A stretch of 64,000 nt of DNA, taken from Eledone cirrhosa. Lineage: Eukaryota. The stretch spans positions 35,402,001 to 35,466,000 of the forward strand of contig OZ024747.1 of NCBI GenBank assembly GCA_964016885.1, written 5' to 3'. A program made the position numbers and the translations under genes. The notes beneath the pieces were generated by a model. That model saw nothing but the letters and a program-made list of their open reading frames with translations, was not told the DNA's origin and ran no database searches. The stretch's first letter is position 1; each line of letters starts with the position of its first letter. Below, piece after piece: positions 40,200 to 52,935 of the stretch.

Positions 40200-43100
40200 C
40201 TACAGGCGCATGATCAGAGTAGGCCCACTCACGCGGGCCATTCTCGCCACATTCACCCACCTTTCAGTAAATGTACTGGGGGGCAGCACTTCTCTCTCCA
40301 CCCTCACCTTCCTTTCCAAGTGAAACTTGAAGAAGTTGATGAGGGATTGGCCGAAGAGAAAAGTGTCTGTCTTCAGTCCTTTCAACCTGGTCCACCATGC
40401 AACCTCTTTCGCTACTGCCACCAGGCAGAGGAAAATTGCCTGCCCTTCCTGACCAAAAGAAGGCGGCGGGTCAATCTTCACTATGGACTCGGACGATAGC
40501 CGGATCCGTTCTACACGCGACAATAGCTGTTCGACATAACCCCACAAGTCAGCAATGCACGGACACTGGACGAGTGCGTGCAGAACGGTTTCGTCGCTCT
40601 GCGCGCATCTCGGGCAGGTTCGTCTGACAGCACTTCCGTGCCTGTAGAGTTTATCCCGAACCGGCAGCGCCCCCCGGTAGCACTGCCAAGCGAGGGATTT
40701 CTGGAAGTTATCCATCGTCCCCGGCTCGAAAGTCCTCCGGAACATACTGGTCAGTTCTACTTCGTTGACGCCCAGAGCCTCTCCTAGTACGTCATCGCAC
40801 TTGCCCTCCACTAATCCTCTATAGAAATCTTGAGTGGAAGTTCCACTGACCGCATTGCCCACCTTGCAGAGTGCAGTGAGCGCCTGGCAACATTCCAGAT
40901 GCCAGTCGCCCAGTCTCGGTCTCTTCTTGACCCAGGACTGCAGCTCAGTCAAAGAGATGAGCTGCGGAAAGGCCCGTCTAACAAACGGCGACCACACCTG
41001 TTCACCGTTTAGGCAAAATATCTGGAGATGTCGCAGCCTCAGCGCATGTCTGCGCATCATTAGCCACGGCATGCCCAGCCCTCCACGAAGAGGGTGCTGG
41101 CAGCAGATGGACCGCCTCACCAACGGGACCCGTCCCCTCCACAAAAATTTGAAAAGGAGCCGTTCCAAATTGGCGAGGCGTGGACGGGGGCAAGGCACGA
41201 CGGTCAGGCGGTAGTAGATGACGGACGCGATGTACGCGTTCGCCACCTCCGCCCGCCCTTTCAGTGATAGCTTTCTCTCAGCCCATTTCTGGGTGAGGTT
41301 GGCTATCCTGCTCGTCACCTCGTCCCAATTCTTATCCACCTGGAGGTCTGGTCCGAACCAAACCCCGAGCAACTTTACCGGTCCGTCTGTCCAGCGCCCA
41401 ACGACGCTGTTGGACGGCATGGACTTGCCTCTCCAGGTGCCGAGCTGCAAGCCCACCGACTTTTCCGGGTTAAGTTTTGCTCCCGTCAACCTTTCATATT
41501 CCTCCAAATGGGTGCGGATCACCTCGATTTCCGAGGTGTCCGACACCATCACGGTGATGTCGTCCGCATAAGCGGACGCAGCCTTTCTACGTCCCGGTTC
41601 GAGCGGGATGCCCTGCAACAACTCCAGCTTCCGCAGTAGAGGCTCAAGAGTCAATACGTACAGAAGTGAGGAGAGAGGGCACCCTTGACGGACCGATCGA
41701 GAGATCTGAAACGGTTCCGAGAGGTGGCCATTAACTTTGACCACCGAGCGGATGCCGCTGTACATTGCAGCGATCCAGCTTCTGAAGACGGGGCCGAAGC
41801 CAGCCGCCTCGAGGACAGCCTCCAAGTACCGATGGTCGACCCTATCGAATGCTTTCGATTGATCTAAATTGATCAGAGCCCCACCGAAGCCAGGTTTGCA
41901 CCCAACCCTCTCTATGATGTATCGCATGAGGTGGAGGTTGTCGTGTATGGACCTGGTCGGGATTGCGCAAGTTTGCGCCTCCCCAACCAAATCTTTGACG
42001 ACAAGCGCCAACCTTTTCGCTAACACCTTGGCCAAAATCTTAAACTCTGTGTTGAGCAGGGTTATGGGCCTGAAATTATCTAGTGTGTCCCTCTTGTTCT
42101 CGTCTTTCCTTATCAGCGTCACAACGCCACGGCTCACAGAACTGGGAATGCTCCCGTTCTGCTGCCAGTTGCAGTAGAGCGCTTCGAGGAGATCGGAGAA
42201 CAAGTCTGGCATATTTACGTAAAGCTCGTAGGGCAGACCATCCAAACCGGGTGACTTGCGACTCGAGCAGCCGACAAGGGCGTCCTGAATTTCGGCTGAT
42301 GTTATCGGCTCTTCTCAGCGCTCAGCGTCGGCCGTCGAGAGGCGTGGCAAGCCGTCGAGGTAGGGACTGAAGTCCGCCGCCGTCTCCGACTCACCCATCC
42401 TCCCGAACAATCGAGCAAAGTGCTGGCGAAAGGCCTCACACATCTGCTTGGAATCGCTCAGTTCGTGTCCATCTCGATCCGTCAAAGACCGAATTGTGGT
42501 TTTATTTCCACGCTGCGTCTCTGCAAAGCGAGCCCATCGGGCAGCTTTGGTTCCCTCGTTCCTCAGAGCACGCGCCTTAGCTCTGACAATGCAACCTTCG
42601 TGTTTCGCATTGAAGAAATGGTCTAGTGCCATTCTCGCCGCTAGCACGTCTGTTGCAATGCCACTACAAATAGCCTCGTCTAACTTAGCTATCAGCCCCT
42701 CCTCCTTTCTATTTTTCTCTATTGCTACTTCTTTGCTAAATCCTATCGAGGTTGCTCTAATCTCTCTTTTGAGTGCCCCCCACCACCTGTTGTTGACAAC
42801 CCCCCCTGTCAACTTTTGCTTAACTAAGTTGTTGACCCGGTCCCTGTAAGCTTTACGTGCCGGAAACGACATGTTTAGCTTCCAGTAGCTAGGTCCTAAC
42901 CTACGTGTCTTATCTAGGTCGACCATACAGATCACAAGCTTGTGATCTGAATAGGCAACCGTTTTAAAATGTGGACATCCTACACTATTTCTATCTCTTT
43001 TCCTAATGAAAATCCTATCTATGTACGATCTAGATGACCCTATGCGATTGGTCCAGGTCCATACTGGCGCATTAGGGAAATCTAGTCGGTACCTGTCAGA

Positions 43101-43619
43101 CAGTTGAAACTGGCTGATCAGGTACTTGAGGCTTTTGCACCCCCCGCTCCTATCAGATACTCCCACACAATCCCAGCGTGCTTCTAAGATGCCATTCCAA
43201 TCCCCTATTAACAGTAAAGGGCGAGACGTAAGCAGAAAGTTTTCCAGGCGCCTAAAGAAGTCCGGCCGACCGGCCCCAGTAGGGGCGTAGACGGCCACCA
43301 GTCTAAAGGCACCACCTTCGCTATTGCTCACGTCCAGGACCACCAACTTTCCGTCAGGATCCCGGAAGATTGACCTTACCTCGAGATCCAGACATTTCCT
43401 AAACAGCACAGCCACTCCACCTCCCATTCCCGGCCGACTAACAGATGCAAAGATCTGATAATCGTCGAAAATCGGCGCCAGTGCGCGTGTGTCGGAAATT
43501 CTGGTCTCGCTGATGGCAATTACATCCATTCCTAGTGACCTGAGGTCGTTGAGCAAGTGACCTTGCTTCCAGGGCGACCCCAGGCCACGAACATTTAAAC
43601 TTCCTACTCTTATGGCCAT
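40200..43619 (-). pseudogene. Tx1 ORF2 (APE endonuclease, RT, CCHC; 1139 codons) with a single in-frame TGA at 42315-42317
   Basis: SLNVRGL, IGDWN, IDRIF, YSDH (APE); after the stop, EEPIT..KSPGLDG; FRPITLLN, DQSKAFD, RQGCPLS, YADD; CPRC..H..C. Confidence 0.94.
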
Positions 43620-43648
43620 GCTGGCAGGATGAATGGGAGAGGAAAGGT

Positions 43649-45559
43649 TTACTTACCTTCCGGGGTCTTGTGAAGGTCGGGTGGTTCGACCTCCATGGTT
43701 TGTGGGGTTTCTTTTGGGAACCCCTTTAATAGTCTTGACGTGGGTTTTACGTTCGGGGTTCCCACATCCCGAGGAAAGCTCTTTCGAATTTCTTTGTATG
43801 AAGCGAGCGACATTCGCATCAGAAGCAAATTATCTGGTACGCGAAATGTGCTCGCTTCAAATGTTTCCCCGTCTTTTTCGATGTTTGTGCTTCGTGCTAC
43901 ATGGGCCATCAATTCCTTGTTGGCCCTTCTGGCGAGCACGAAGTTTTTAATGTTTTGTTGCTCGGGTTTTATTTGTTCGTGTGATTGTGGTGGTGATAGC
44001 TTTGTTAGTGTTGTTTCTATTGTGTCTGCGTTTGTTGTGGGTGGGGTGTCTGTAGTTTCTGATGTTTGTGTGTCTATTTGTTCTTGTGTCTGTTTAGCTT
44101 GTTTGCGTTTGGGGGATTTTGGTGGTTGTGTTGGTGATGCTGTGGGGAAAATGTTTGTGTGGGTGGTGTGTGTATTTTTTTTTGTGGGGGTGTTTGTGCT
44201 TTGTGGATTTCTTTTTTTTTTGTGTTTTGTTTTTTGTATTTTGGGGGACTTTGGTTTTCCCTCATCTTCACTGCTGGAGGATGAGGGGTCTGTGGCTGTG
44301 AGCGTGTTTGTGTCTGAGTGAGTGTTTATGTTCTTGTTCGTGTGTGTATTTTGGGGGGGAGGGGGAATGGGAGAGCTTTCCTCGTTTCCCCCCTGGGTGT
44401 GCAATTTTGGTGGTTCCATTGTTGACGGTGTTGCTGGTGGTCCTTGTCCCGGCGTCGCCAGCAGTGGAATCTTTCGACCCCTTGCGCTTTTCGGCAGTTG
44501 AGGGCAGAAGGCTCGCAAGTGTGTCGTTTCCCCACAAAGGAAACAATGCGGCCTTTTGCCCTCAGTCATTATATGCAACACCCTCCCGTTTTGGAGGCGG
44601 ATGTGGTCCGGGATTGTTTTTACGTTTTCGGGTCTGATTTGGAGCAGTATCTCCAGATCAACCCCGGACCAGTCGTCCCTGGCAGTTCTCGTTGCCTCTA
44701 CCGGGACTGTATCCGTTCCTTCCACGATTACGCAACCCAGGAGCCACCACATATCAAGTCCTGGTGGAATCCTGGGAATGCGCACACGTGCTATTCGTTT
44801 TCCCATGTGGGAGGGGTACATTATGACCTTGCTGGTTTTGCAAGGGGTCATTGAATGCTTCACAGCGAGGGCTTCAGACTTGAACAGCACCGAAACGGTG
44901 CCGTATTGCCTGCCCCTCTCTATGAAGTCTGTGTCCTCTCTGATGTATTTCAGTGCGGCTTCTATGTCAGCTTGGGCGATTATCGCTGCCCTCTTTGTCT
45001 CTACTGAGATGCATCTGAAATGCACCGTTCTTTTTTCCACTGCCTCAATGGCTTCTGCCGGGACAGTTAAGTTTGCCCAGGTCTGCTCTTGATTTATGAT
45101 TTTCCAGGCCTGGGCCAACTTTTCCTCTCTGTTGGTTAAGTCGATGCTGTAGCATGGTCTCCTTTTAGCCGCTGCCACAGCAGCGAAAGTGTTCTTGTTG
45201 GTGTTGTCACTGTTGTTGTTCTTGTTGGTGTTGCTGCTGCTATTGCTGTTGTTGTTCTCCCCTGTGTCGTGGTTACCTTCTGTGCTGTTGGCCTTGTTGG
45301 TGCTGCTGCTGTCGCTACTATTACTCTCTGTGCTGTTCGTTTTGTTGGTGCTCTCGCTATTACCACCTTCTGCGCTGTTCGGCTTGTTGGTGTTGGTGTT
45401 GTCGCTGTTACCACCTTTCGCGCCGCTCGGCCCGTTGGTGCTGGCACTGTCGCTGCTCACATTCGTGCTGGTGGCGCTCCTCGCCTCACCTCTCCTCTCA
45501 ACGCTCAAGTCGCCGTTGCACGACAGCAGACCCGCCTCTAGGGGGCGTGGCTCCGCCAT
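43649..45559 (-). CDS. Tx1 ORF1, gag-like nucleic-acid-binding protein (636 aa)
   Basis: Intact ORF with CCHC knuckle CFLCGETTHLRAFC and low-complexity N/S/T and T/P/K tracts; 29-nt spacer to ORF2. Confidence 0.9.
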   Translation of the reverse strand: MAEPRPLEAGLLSCNGDLSVERRGEARSATSTNVSSDSASTNGPSGAKGGNSDNTNTNKPNSAEGGNSESTNKTNSTESNSSDSSSTNKANSTEGNHDTGENNNSNSSSNTNKNNNSDNTNKNTFAAVAAAKRRPCYSIDLTNREEKLAQAWKIINQEQTWANLTVPAEAIEAVEKRTVHFRCISVETKRAAIIAQADIEAALKYIREDTDFIERGRQYGTVSVLFKSEALAVKHSMTPCKTSKVIMYPSHMGKRIARVRIPRIPPGLDMWWLLGCVIVEGTDTVPVEATRTARDDWSGVDLEILLQIRPENVKTIPDHIRLQNGRVLHIMTEGKRPHCFLCGETTHLRAFCPQLPKSARGRKIPLLATPGQGPPATPSTMEPPKLHTQGGNEESSPIPPPPQNTHTNKNINTHSDTNTLTATDPSSSSSEDEGKPKSPKIQKTKHKKKRNPQSTNTPTKKNTHTTHTNIFPTASPTQPPKSPKRKQAKQTQEQIDTQTSETTDTPPTTNADTIETTLTKLSPPQSHEQIKPEQQNIKNFVLARRANKELMAHVARSTNIEKDGETFEASTFRVPDNLLLMRMSLASYKEIRKSFPRDVGTPNVKPTSRLLKGFPKETPQTMEVEPPDLHKTPEGK

Positions 45560-45769
45560 GTTTTTTTGAGAAAAAAATTATTATTCTTTTTCAAAATAAA
45601 GTTCAAATATTTGGGCCAAAAGGCCCAAATATTATGAGTTATTCCTTCACAGGATACAAATTAATGTCTTATAATGCTTCAGCGGTACAAAAAATAAACA
45701 ATTCTCTACAATTAATCCTCAAAAATTGCTTACTCACGGAGCTTCAAAAAACGTACATCCACTTTCGTC

Positions 45770-45812
<43 letters not shown>

Positions 45813-47521
45813 TAAATAAAAATAAAAATAAAAATAAAAATGAAAAATGAAAAATGAAAAATAAAAAATAATAAATAATAAAAAATAAAAAATAATAAAT
45901 AATAAAAAAATAAATAATAAAAAATAAGAGATGTTATCACTCACAGTTGGGCAGGGTTACGTTAACATACAGCTACATACAATTATATACATAAGCTTAT
46001 CTGGCAGTTCTTGTAACAAGAACTGCCAGATAAGCCTATTAGCTAGCACTTTCAGAATTATCCAGTTGGGTAATCTAGTGTATTTGTCTCCTACTGTTTG
46101 TCTTGTTTGTATATGTGTCTGTGTGTATGTACGCCTGCATGTGTATATGGAATTTGGATATCGAGGTGTGTGTGTTTGTGCATAGGTGGGTCTACCCCAA
46201 CGTGTATTGTATGGATTTGTACCTTTGTATGCTCATGAGTTTTGATGTAATACATCTATGTAGAGTGTGTACTGCGTTATAAGATGCACAATTGATTAGA
46301 TTTAACCTGCCCCTCACATTTTATCTTATTTTAGTTTATTTAAATTACCTTGTTGACTCGTGGTGAACCAATGGGCCTGTGCCCATATGGGACGGAGATT
46401 TAGCCAGTCACCGTGAGCTGACCTGTGCCATCTCGCCGTGGGCGGTAGATATGGTGTACATGTATGAGTTACCCTCCTATTCTGCGGTTCACAGTCTACA
46501 CGCTGACTTTGGGGTGTTTTTGCCCGGTGTATTTTTGGCCTAGTTGGTCTTCCATAGATTGACGCTCTGTGTTATTCTCCCAAGAATAACGTTTTGGCCC
46601 CGATAGCCTTCCGTATTTATTAACGGTTTGTTTATAATTGAATCTGGTGACTACACGTGTGAATACGCTCCTCATAAGGTTGTATTTTGAATATTCTGTA
46701 TATATGTGTACGTGCACTGTCTCTGCATATACATGTATGTGTGTATGTTTGTATGTATAAGTATACATATACTGTCTCTGGACTAACCCTAATGTTGCGT
46801 ACATTCTTGTGATGCCGGATTGTTGCTCAATGTTATGATTTTGTGGTTATCCGCTTTGGAAGCTATTTGTTGTGCACTGTTGCTGAGTTTTCTTATATTA
46901 TATTAAATAATAACCTGCTTCACCTGACTGTATTTTACCACCTGCACTTGCCTGCTTCTGCTCACTAATATCCGCCTCAGTTATTTGCCTCTTGATGTTC
47001 GTGCTGCTGTATATGAATTTGCCTGCAACCTTCCCAGCATATGCTCCTGCTTGTGATACGGATACACCTTGTTAACCAGTTAATTCTTGCCTGAGTGCTC
47101 AACTCTGTGAATGCACGTCTGTGTATTGAACTTTGTAGTGTAAACTTTTTCGGATTGCCTAACCGCTCAACTCTATGAATGCACACCTGTGGATTGAACT
47201 TTGGAGTGTGAACTTCTGGGACTGTCCAACCTGGGATGTTTCCATTGCATTGTAACGGTCAACTCAATCTAGCGCGGACATAACATCTGTTCATGGAAAA
47301 TCTCATTTGAACACTCTATTGTTGAACTGTGGCTAACTGCAACACCTAAGGCGGTCGTGTCCTGATATATTCCATATATCACCATGAGTCAACACTAGTG
47401 TCACCTTAGGATTTCTATAATAATATTATTATTACATGCCCTAATAATTACCATCTTGATTACCCTTATTACATCTTTTTACCCCCAGTTACATCTTTAT
47501 AAATATACATTACTTGGACTG

Positions 47522-47569
<48 letters not shown>

Positions 47570-47789
47570 TTATATATACGTCTCTTTTATATATATTTTT
47601 TATATATTTTTTTGTATATATATTTTTGTGTATTCTATGTGTTGTACGTATATCACTTGTTGAACATAGCTTGATAGCTTACGCATTTGCCAGTCTTATC
47701 TTTACCCACACCTTCCTTTATGGTGTATATTTTACTCCATTTTTTTTGGTGTATTGTTTTATTTATCTTCTGGTGTATATTTTACTTTA

Positions 47790-48480
47790 CTTTATATTAT
47801 TTTATTTTATTTTATTTTATTTTATTTTATTTTATTTTTTCTTATTTTATTTTATTTTATTTTATCTTATTTTATTTTATCTTATTTTTTATTTTTTATT
47901 TTTTATTTTTTATTTTTTATTTTTTTTTATTTTTTTTTTATTTTTATTTTTATTTTTATTTTTTATTTTTTATTTTTTATTTTTTTTTTTATTTTTTATT
48001 TTTTATTTTTTTTAATTTTTTATTTTTTTTTTTTTTTTATTATTATTTATCTTTTATCTATTTTTTAGCTATTTTTTATCTATTCCATATCTATTTTTTA
48101 TCTATTTTTTATCTATTTTTTATCTATTTTTTATCTATTTTTTATCTATTTTTTATCTACCTCTTATCTATTTTTTATCTATCTCTACCTCTTAACGTGT
48201 GCCCATCCGTCTATGATATGTTATTTGTATTAGTGTATACTGTATACGGTGCATACGGGTGCTTGTGTGTAGGTGCATGCGGGTGCTCATGCTTATGTAT
48301 ATAATTGTATGTAGCTGTATGTTAACGTAACCCTGCCCAACTGTGAGTGATAACATCTCTTATTTTTTATTATTTATTTTTTTATTATTTATTATTTTTT
48401 ATTTTTTATTATTATATTATTTTTTATTTTTCATTTTTCATTTTTATTTTTATTTTTATTTTTATTTTTATTTTTATTTA

Positions 48481-48515
<35 letters not shown>

Positions 48516-48620
48516 TTTATTATATTTATTTTTATTATTATTATTATTATTTTTATTTTTATTTTTATTTTTATTTTTATTTTTATTTTTATTTTTATTT
48601 TTATTTTTATTCTTAATCTT
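47790..48620. repeat. (TTTTA)n/(TTTTTA)n/(ATT)n low-complexity tracts
   Basis: Directly visible; interrupted by unique sequence at about 48185-48360. Confidence 0.9.
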
Positions 48621-48792
48621 ATTCTTTTTTTATTCTTAATCTTATTCTTATTTTTATGTTTATTTTTATTTTAATCCTCTTATTTTGCTCCTTTTACTTT
48701 ACTCTTTAAACTCCTCCCAACTTATGGTATCCCCACATATATTCTTCTGTTTTGGCTTTGTCAATGCTTGTATACTTTGTATTTACTCTTTA

Positions 48793-48838
48793 TGGTCTGA
48801 AGAGTCCCACTTCTAGTGTGGACGAAACACTGTTAGCA
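48793..48838 (+). ncRNA. Hammerhead motif (right arm)
   Basis: TGGT-CTGAAGA-GTCC cacttctagtgt GGAC-GAAA-CACTG-TT-AGCA. Stem I has a G-G mismatch; GUU triplet. Confidence 0.7.
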
Positions 48839-48839
48839 A

Positions 48840-49731
48840 TCTATATATATAAAACTGTGGTTGTCTGTCTGTCTATCGATTTTTGGCACACATCTCTTCT
48901 TAGAATCTCTCACGGAATTGCACCGAAATTGCTATACTTGTACATTGAGCCCTAGCGAAGACATTGGAAAAAAAAATTTCAAATTGACCCACCCTATGTG
49001 ACGAAATCGAATATAATGTATCGATTTTTGAGCGTAAGTGATCAGTTATTTCCCTTTGTTCTGTTTACATTGAGCGTCTGCGTGCAAAAATTAAAAAGAT
49101 TACGCTGGCTTTCTCAGCGTTTAAAATGACATTAACACAATACACGATTTAAAGACTACGTAAAACAAGCCTTTTAAAACAATATTTTTACTTGAAAACA
49201 AGTCTATTTAAAAACTACTTAAAACAAGCAAATATTTAGTAAAAAAAAGCAAAAATTATATAAGTTTATATAAAATATATGTATCTGTAAATTTCGTTAG
49301 GCGTGCAGACAGACAGTCGAGCAGAGAGGTGATATAGGCGTGCAGACAGACAGTCGTGCAGAGAGGTGATATAGGCGTGCAGACAGATAGTCGTGCAGAG
49401 AGGTGATATAGGCGTGCAGACAGACATAACTGATAGTTTGGTTACGCTAATGCTTTTCTCTGCGTTGCAGTGTTTACATTTTCGATCTTTGTTAATAAAT
49501 AACCAGTGCAGTTTCTATCCCCAGCATCCTCTTTTGTTATAACATTCGGGTTATCGTTATGTTTTCTTAACTTCATAAGGCATATTGTTGGTTGAGGGAA
49601 TATTAATCAAAAACACCACATGCAAGTCTGCACAGTAGACACTACAGTTTTTAAGCCAAGAAAGAAACTTAACATTGTAACTTTTACACAGCTACTGAGC
49701 GACCCCGAGCAACGCCGGGCTTTACTGCTAG
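48840..49731 (+). mobile_element. Non-autonomous Helitron (892 bp)
   Basis: 5' TC, 3' CTAG, subterminal hairpin CCCGAGC aac GCCGGG, inserted between A and T with no TSD (empty site on the minus strand at 39630-39650). Internal tandem repeats of about 37 bp at 49299-49426. Confidence 0.93.
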
Positions 49732-49857
49732 TTAAAGATATACCTATGTTCTAAGCGCTCTTTGTTGTTAATTGTATTACGGCTCTGTCCTCTGACATTG
49801 ACCTAACCATATACTGCCTACTTGATAAGTGGAGTGTTACACACTCCCAATTCTCTC

Positions 49858-51190
<1,333 letters not shown>

Positions 51191-51654
51191 TGTTTTTTTG
51201 TGAATGTGTCTGTTGATTTTTGGCATATAGTTGATTAGTTTAAGAGAAGTTCGAAGATAATTGTAAGATATGCACTCAGTATTTTGAATCTGTCTACAGA
51301 ATTCTCTAAACCTTTGTCACTTAGTAGAACCTTAATGAATTTAGCTTTTAAAGAATCTCCCTTTCCTTTAATTCTATCTACCATGACTGACCCCCCACTG
51401 ATCTTATAGACATCTGTTAGCTTAAGAGAAACTTAATGACAAGGAATGGTATGCCATCCGGAACCTGTTTATAGAATTCTGTCTGCCTTTGTTACTCTAA
51501 AAACAAAAATTAATAAAAATAAACTATAGCTTTGTAGAATTAGCTTTTAATGAATTCCCTTTTCTATCAACCAATGACCTACACCCATCCCACTCCCCAC
51601 CCTCTCCTACCACTTGTAGAGACCTATAAATACCATATTTATTTTTTGATACTC

Positions 51655-51705
51655 AGATTCCTGATGATTTCTAAAGAATGAAACAGTTCTAGTCCTGTAG
51701 AATCT
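51655..51705 (+). ncRNA. Fully canonical type I hammerhead in a pLTR-like fragment (about 51200-51790)
   Basis: AGATTC-CTGATGA-TTTCT aa AGAAT-GAAA-CAG ttctagtc CTG-TA-GAATCT. Confidence 0.88.
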
Positions 51706-51787
51706 CATCTATATTAAAACTTTTATACTCTGCAATGTATTGAGTACCTTACTTACTGTGGTTACCTCCGATTCAACCCGGAATAAC

Positions 51788-51859
<72 letters not shown>

Positions 51860-51868
<9 letters not shown>

Positions 51869-52935
51869 TATGATCAACACTTATGTGTTTTTACTGTAAA
51901 TTGACAATTAATTTACTAGAATGAAATATCTTAATTCAAATACATATAGTCTCCCTGTATCGATCTAAAAAAATAATATATCTATACTCACAGACGTATA
52001 TCTGCAATGGCCTGGTGCCTATACAAGTTTAAATTTCAAAATTCAAACCTTTTCCGTAGATCAGTCCGAAGTTCAAAACGTAAACCTGTTTCACAAGGGA
52101 TGGTATAATCTTGACATAATTAATTAGTTGTGAAATAATTAATTTTCTGTGATTCTCAATAGGCACCCAGAAAAATTAAAGTCATTTCACCTCGGAGAAA
52201 TATCTAAGATCTGGTTTATCGGATGCTAAATACATGTGCTTTTGCACACGGTTATTTCCTGCATTCTAGTTCATACTCATGGCGCAAGAAATAACAGCCG
52301 TTTATATGGGATTACGAATTCAGCTCTACCGGGGGAGCAGTTTGTATAATATAATTTAGAGTTTATACTCAGGGGTCAATTACAATTATTCAGCTCTAAG
52401 AAAGAAGCATTTCTGAGCAGTACAATATAAGTTAATATAAATAAATATATGATCAACACTTATGTGTTTTTACTGTAAAATGACAATTAATTTACTAGAA
52501 TGAAATATCTCAATTCAAATACATAGAGTCTGCCTGTATCGATCTAAAAAATAATATATCTATACTCACAGACGTATATCGGCAATGGCCTGGTGCCTAT
52601 ACAAGTTTAAATTTCAAAATTCAAACCTTTTCCGTAGATCAGTCCGAAACTCAAAACGTAAACCTGTTTCACAAGGGATGGTATAATATTGACATAATTA
52701 ATTAGTTGTGAAATAATTAATGTTCTGTGATTCTCAATAGGCACCAAGAAAAATTAAAGTCATTTCACCTCGGAGAAATATCTAAGGTCTGGTTTATCGG
52801 ATACTAAATACATGTGCTTTTGCACACGGTTACTTCCTGCATTCTAGTTCATACTCATGGCGCTAGAAATAACAGCCGTTTATATGGGATTACGAATTCA
52901 GCTCTACCGGGGGAGCAGTTTGTATAATATAATTT
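51860..52935. repeat. Tandem duplication, 579-bp period (about 1.85 units)
   Basis: TGATCAACACTTATG at 51871 and 52450, few substitutions. Starts at (TA)n. Confidence 0.92.

Larger units (their letters stand above)
39946..45769 (-). mobile_element. Full-length Tx1/L1-clade non-LTR retrotransposon inserted in (ATT)n
   Basis: 210-nt 5' UTR, two ORFs, 3' end CCAATAAATGAAATC, (ATT)n on both sides. Empty site at about 48485-48515. Confidence 0.96.

Noticed and set aside
43615-43660. GTAAGT donor at the ORF1 end and CAG before the ORF2 ATG (possible ORF1-ORF2 splice fusion)
   Set aside because: The intron would be only about 36 nt and the join is out of frame.
43633-45569. Plus-strand ORFs overlapping the Tx1 and PLE ORFs
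   Set aside because: Antisense shadows of biased coding sequence with no independent motifs.
49299-49426. About 37-bp repeats resembling a CRISPR array
   Set aside because: Head-to-tail with no unique spacers; an internal Helitron minisatellite in eukaryotic DNA.
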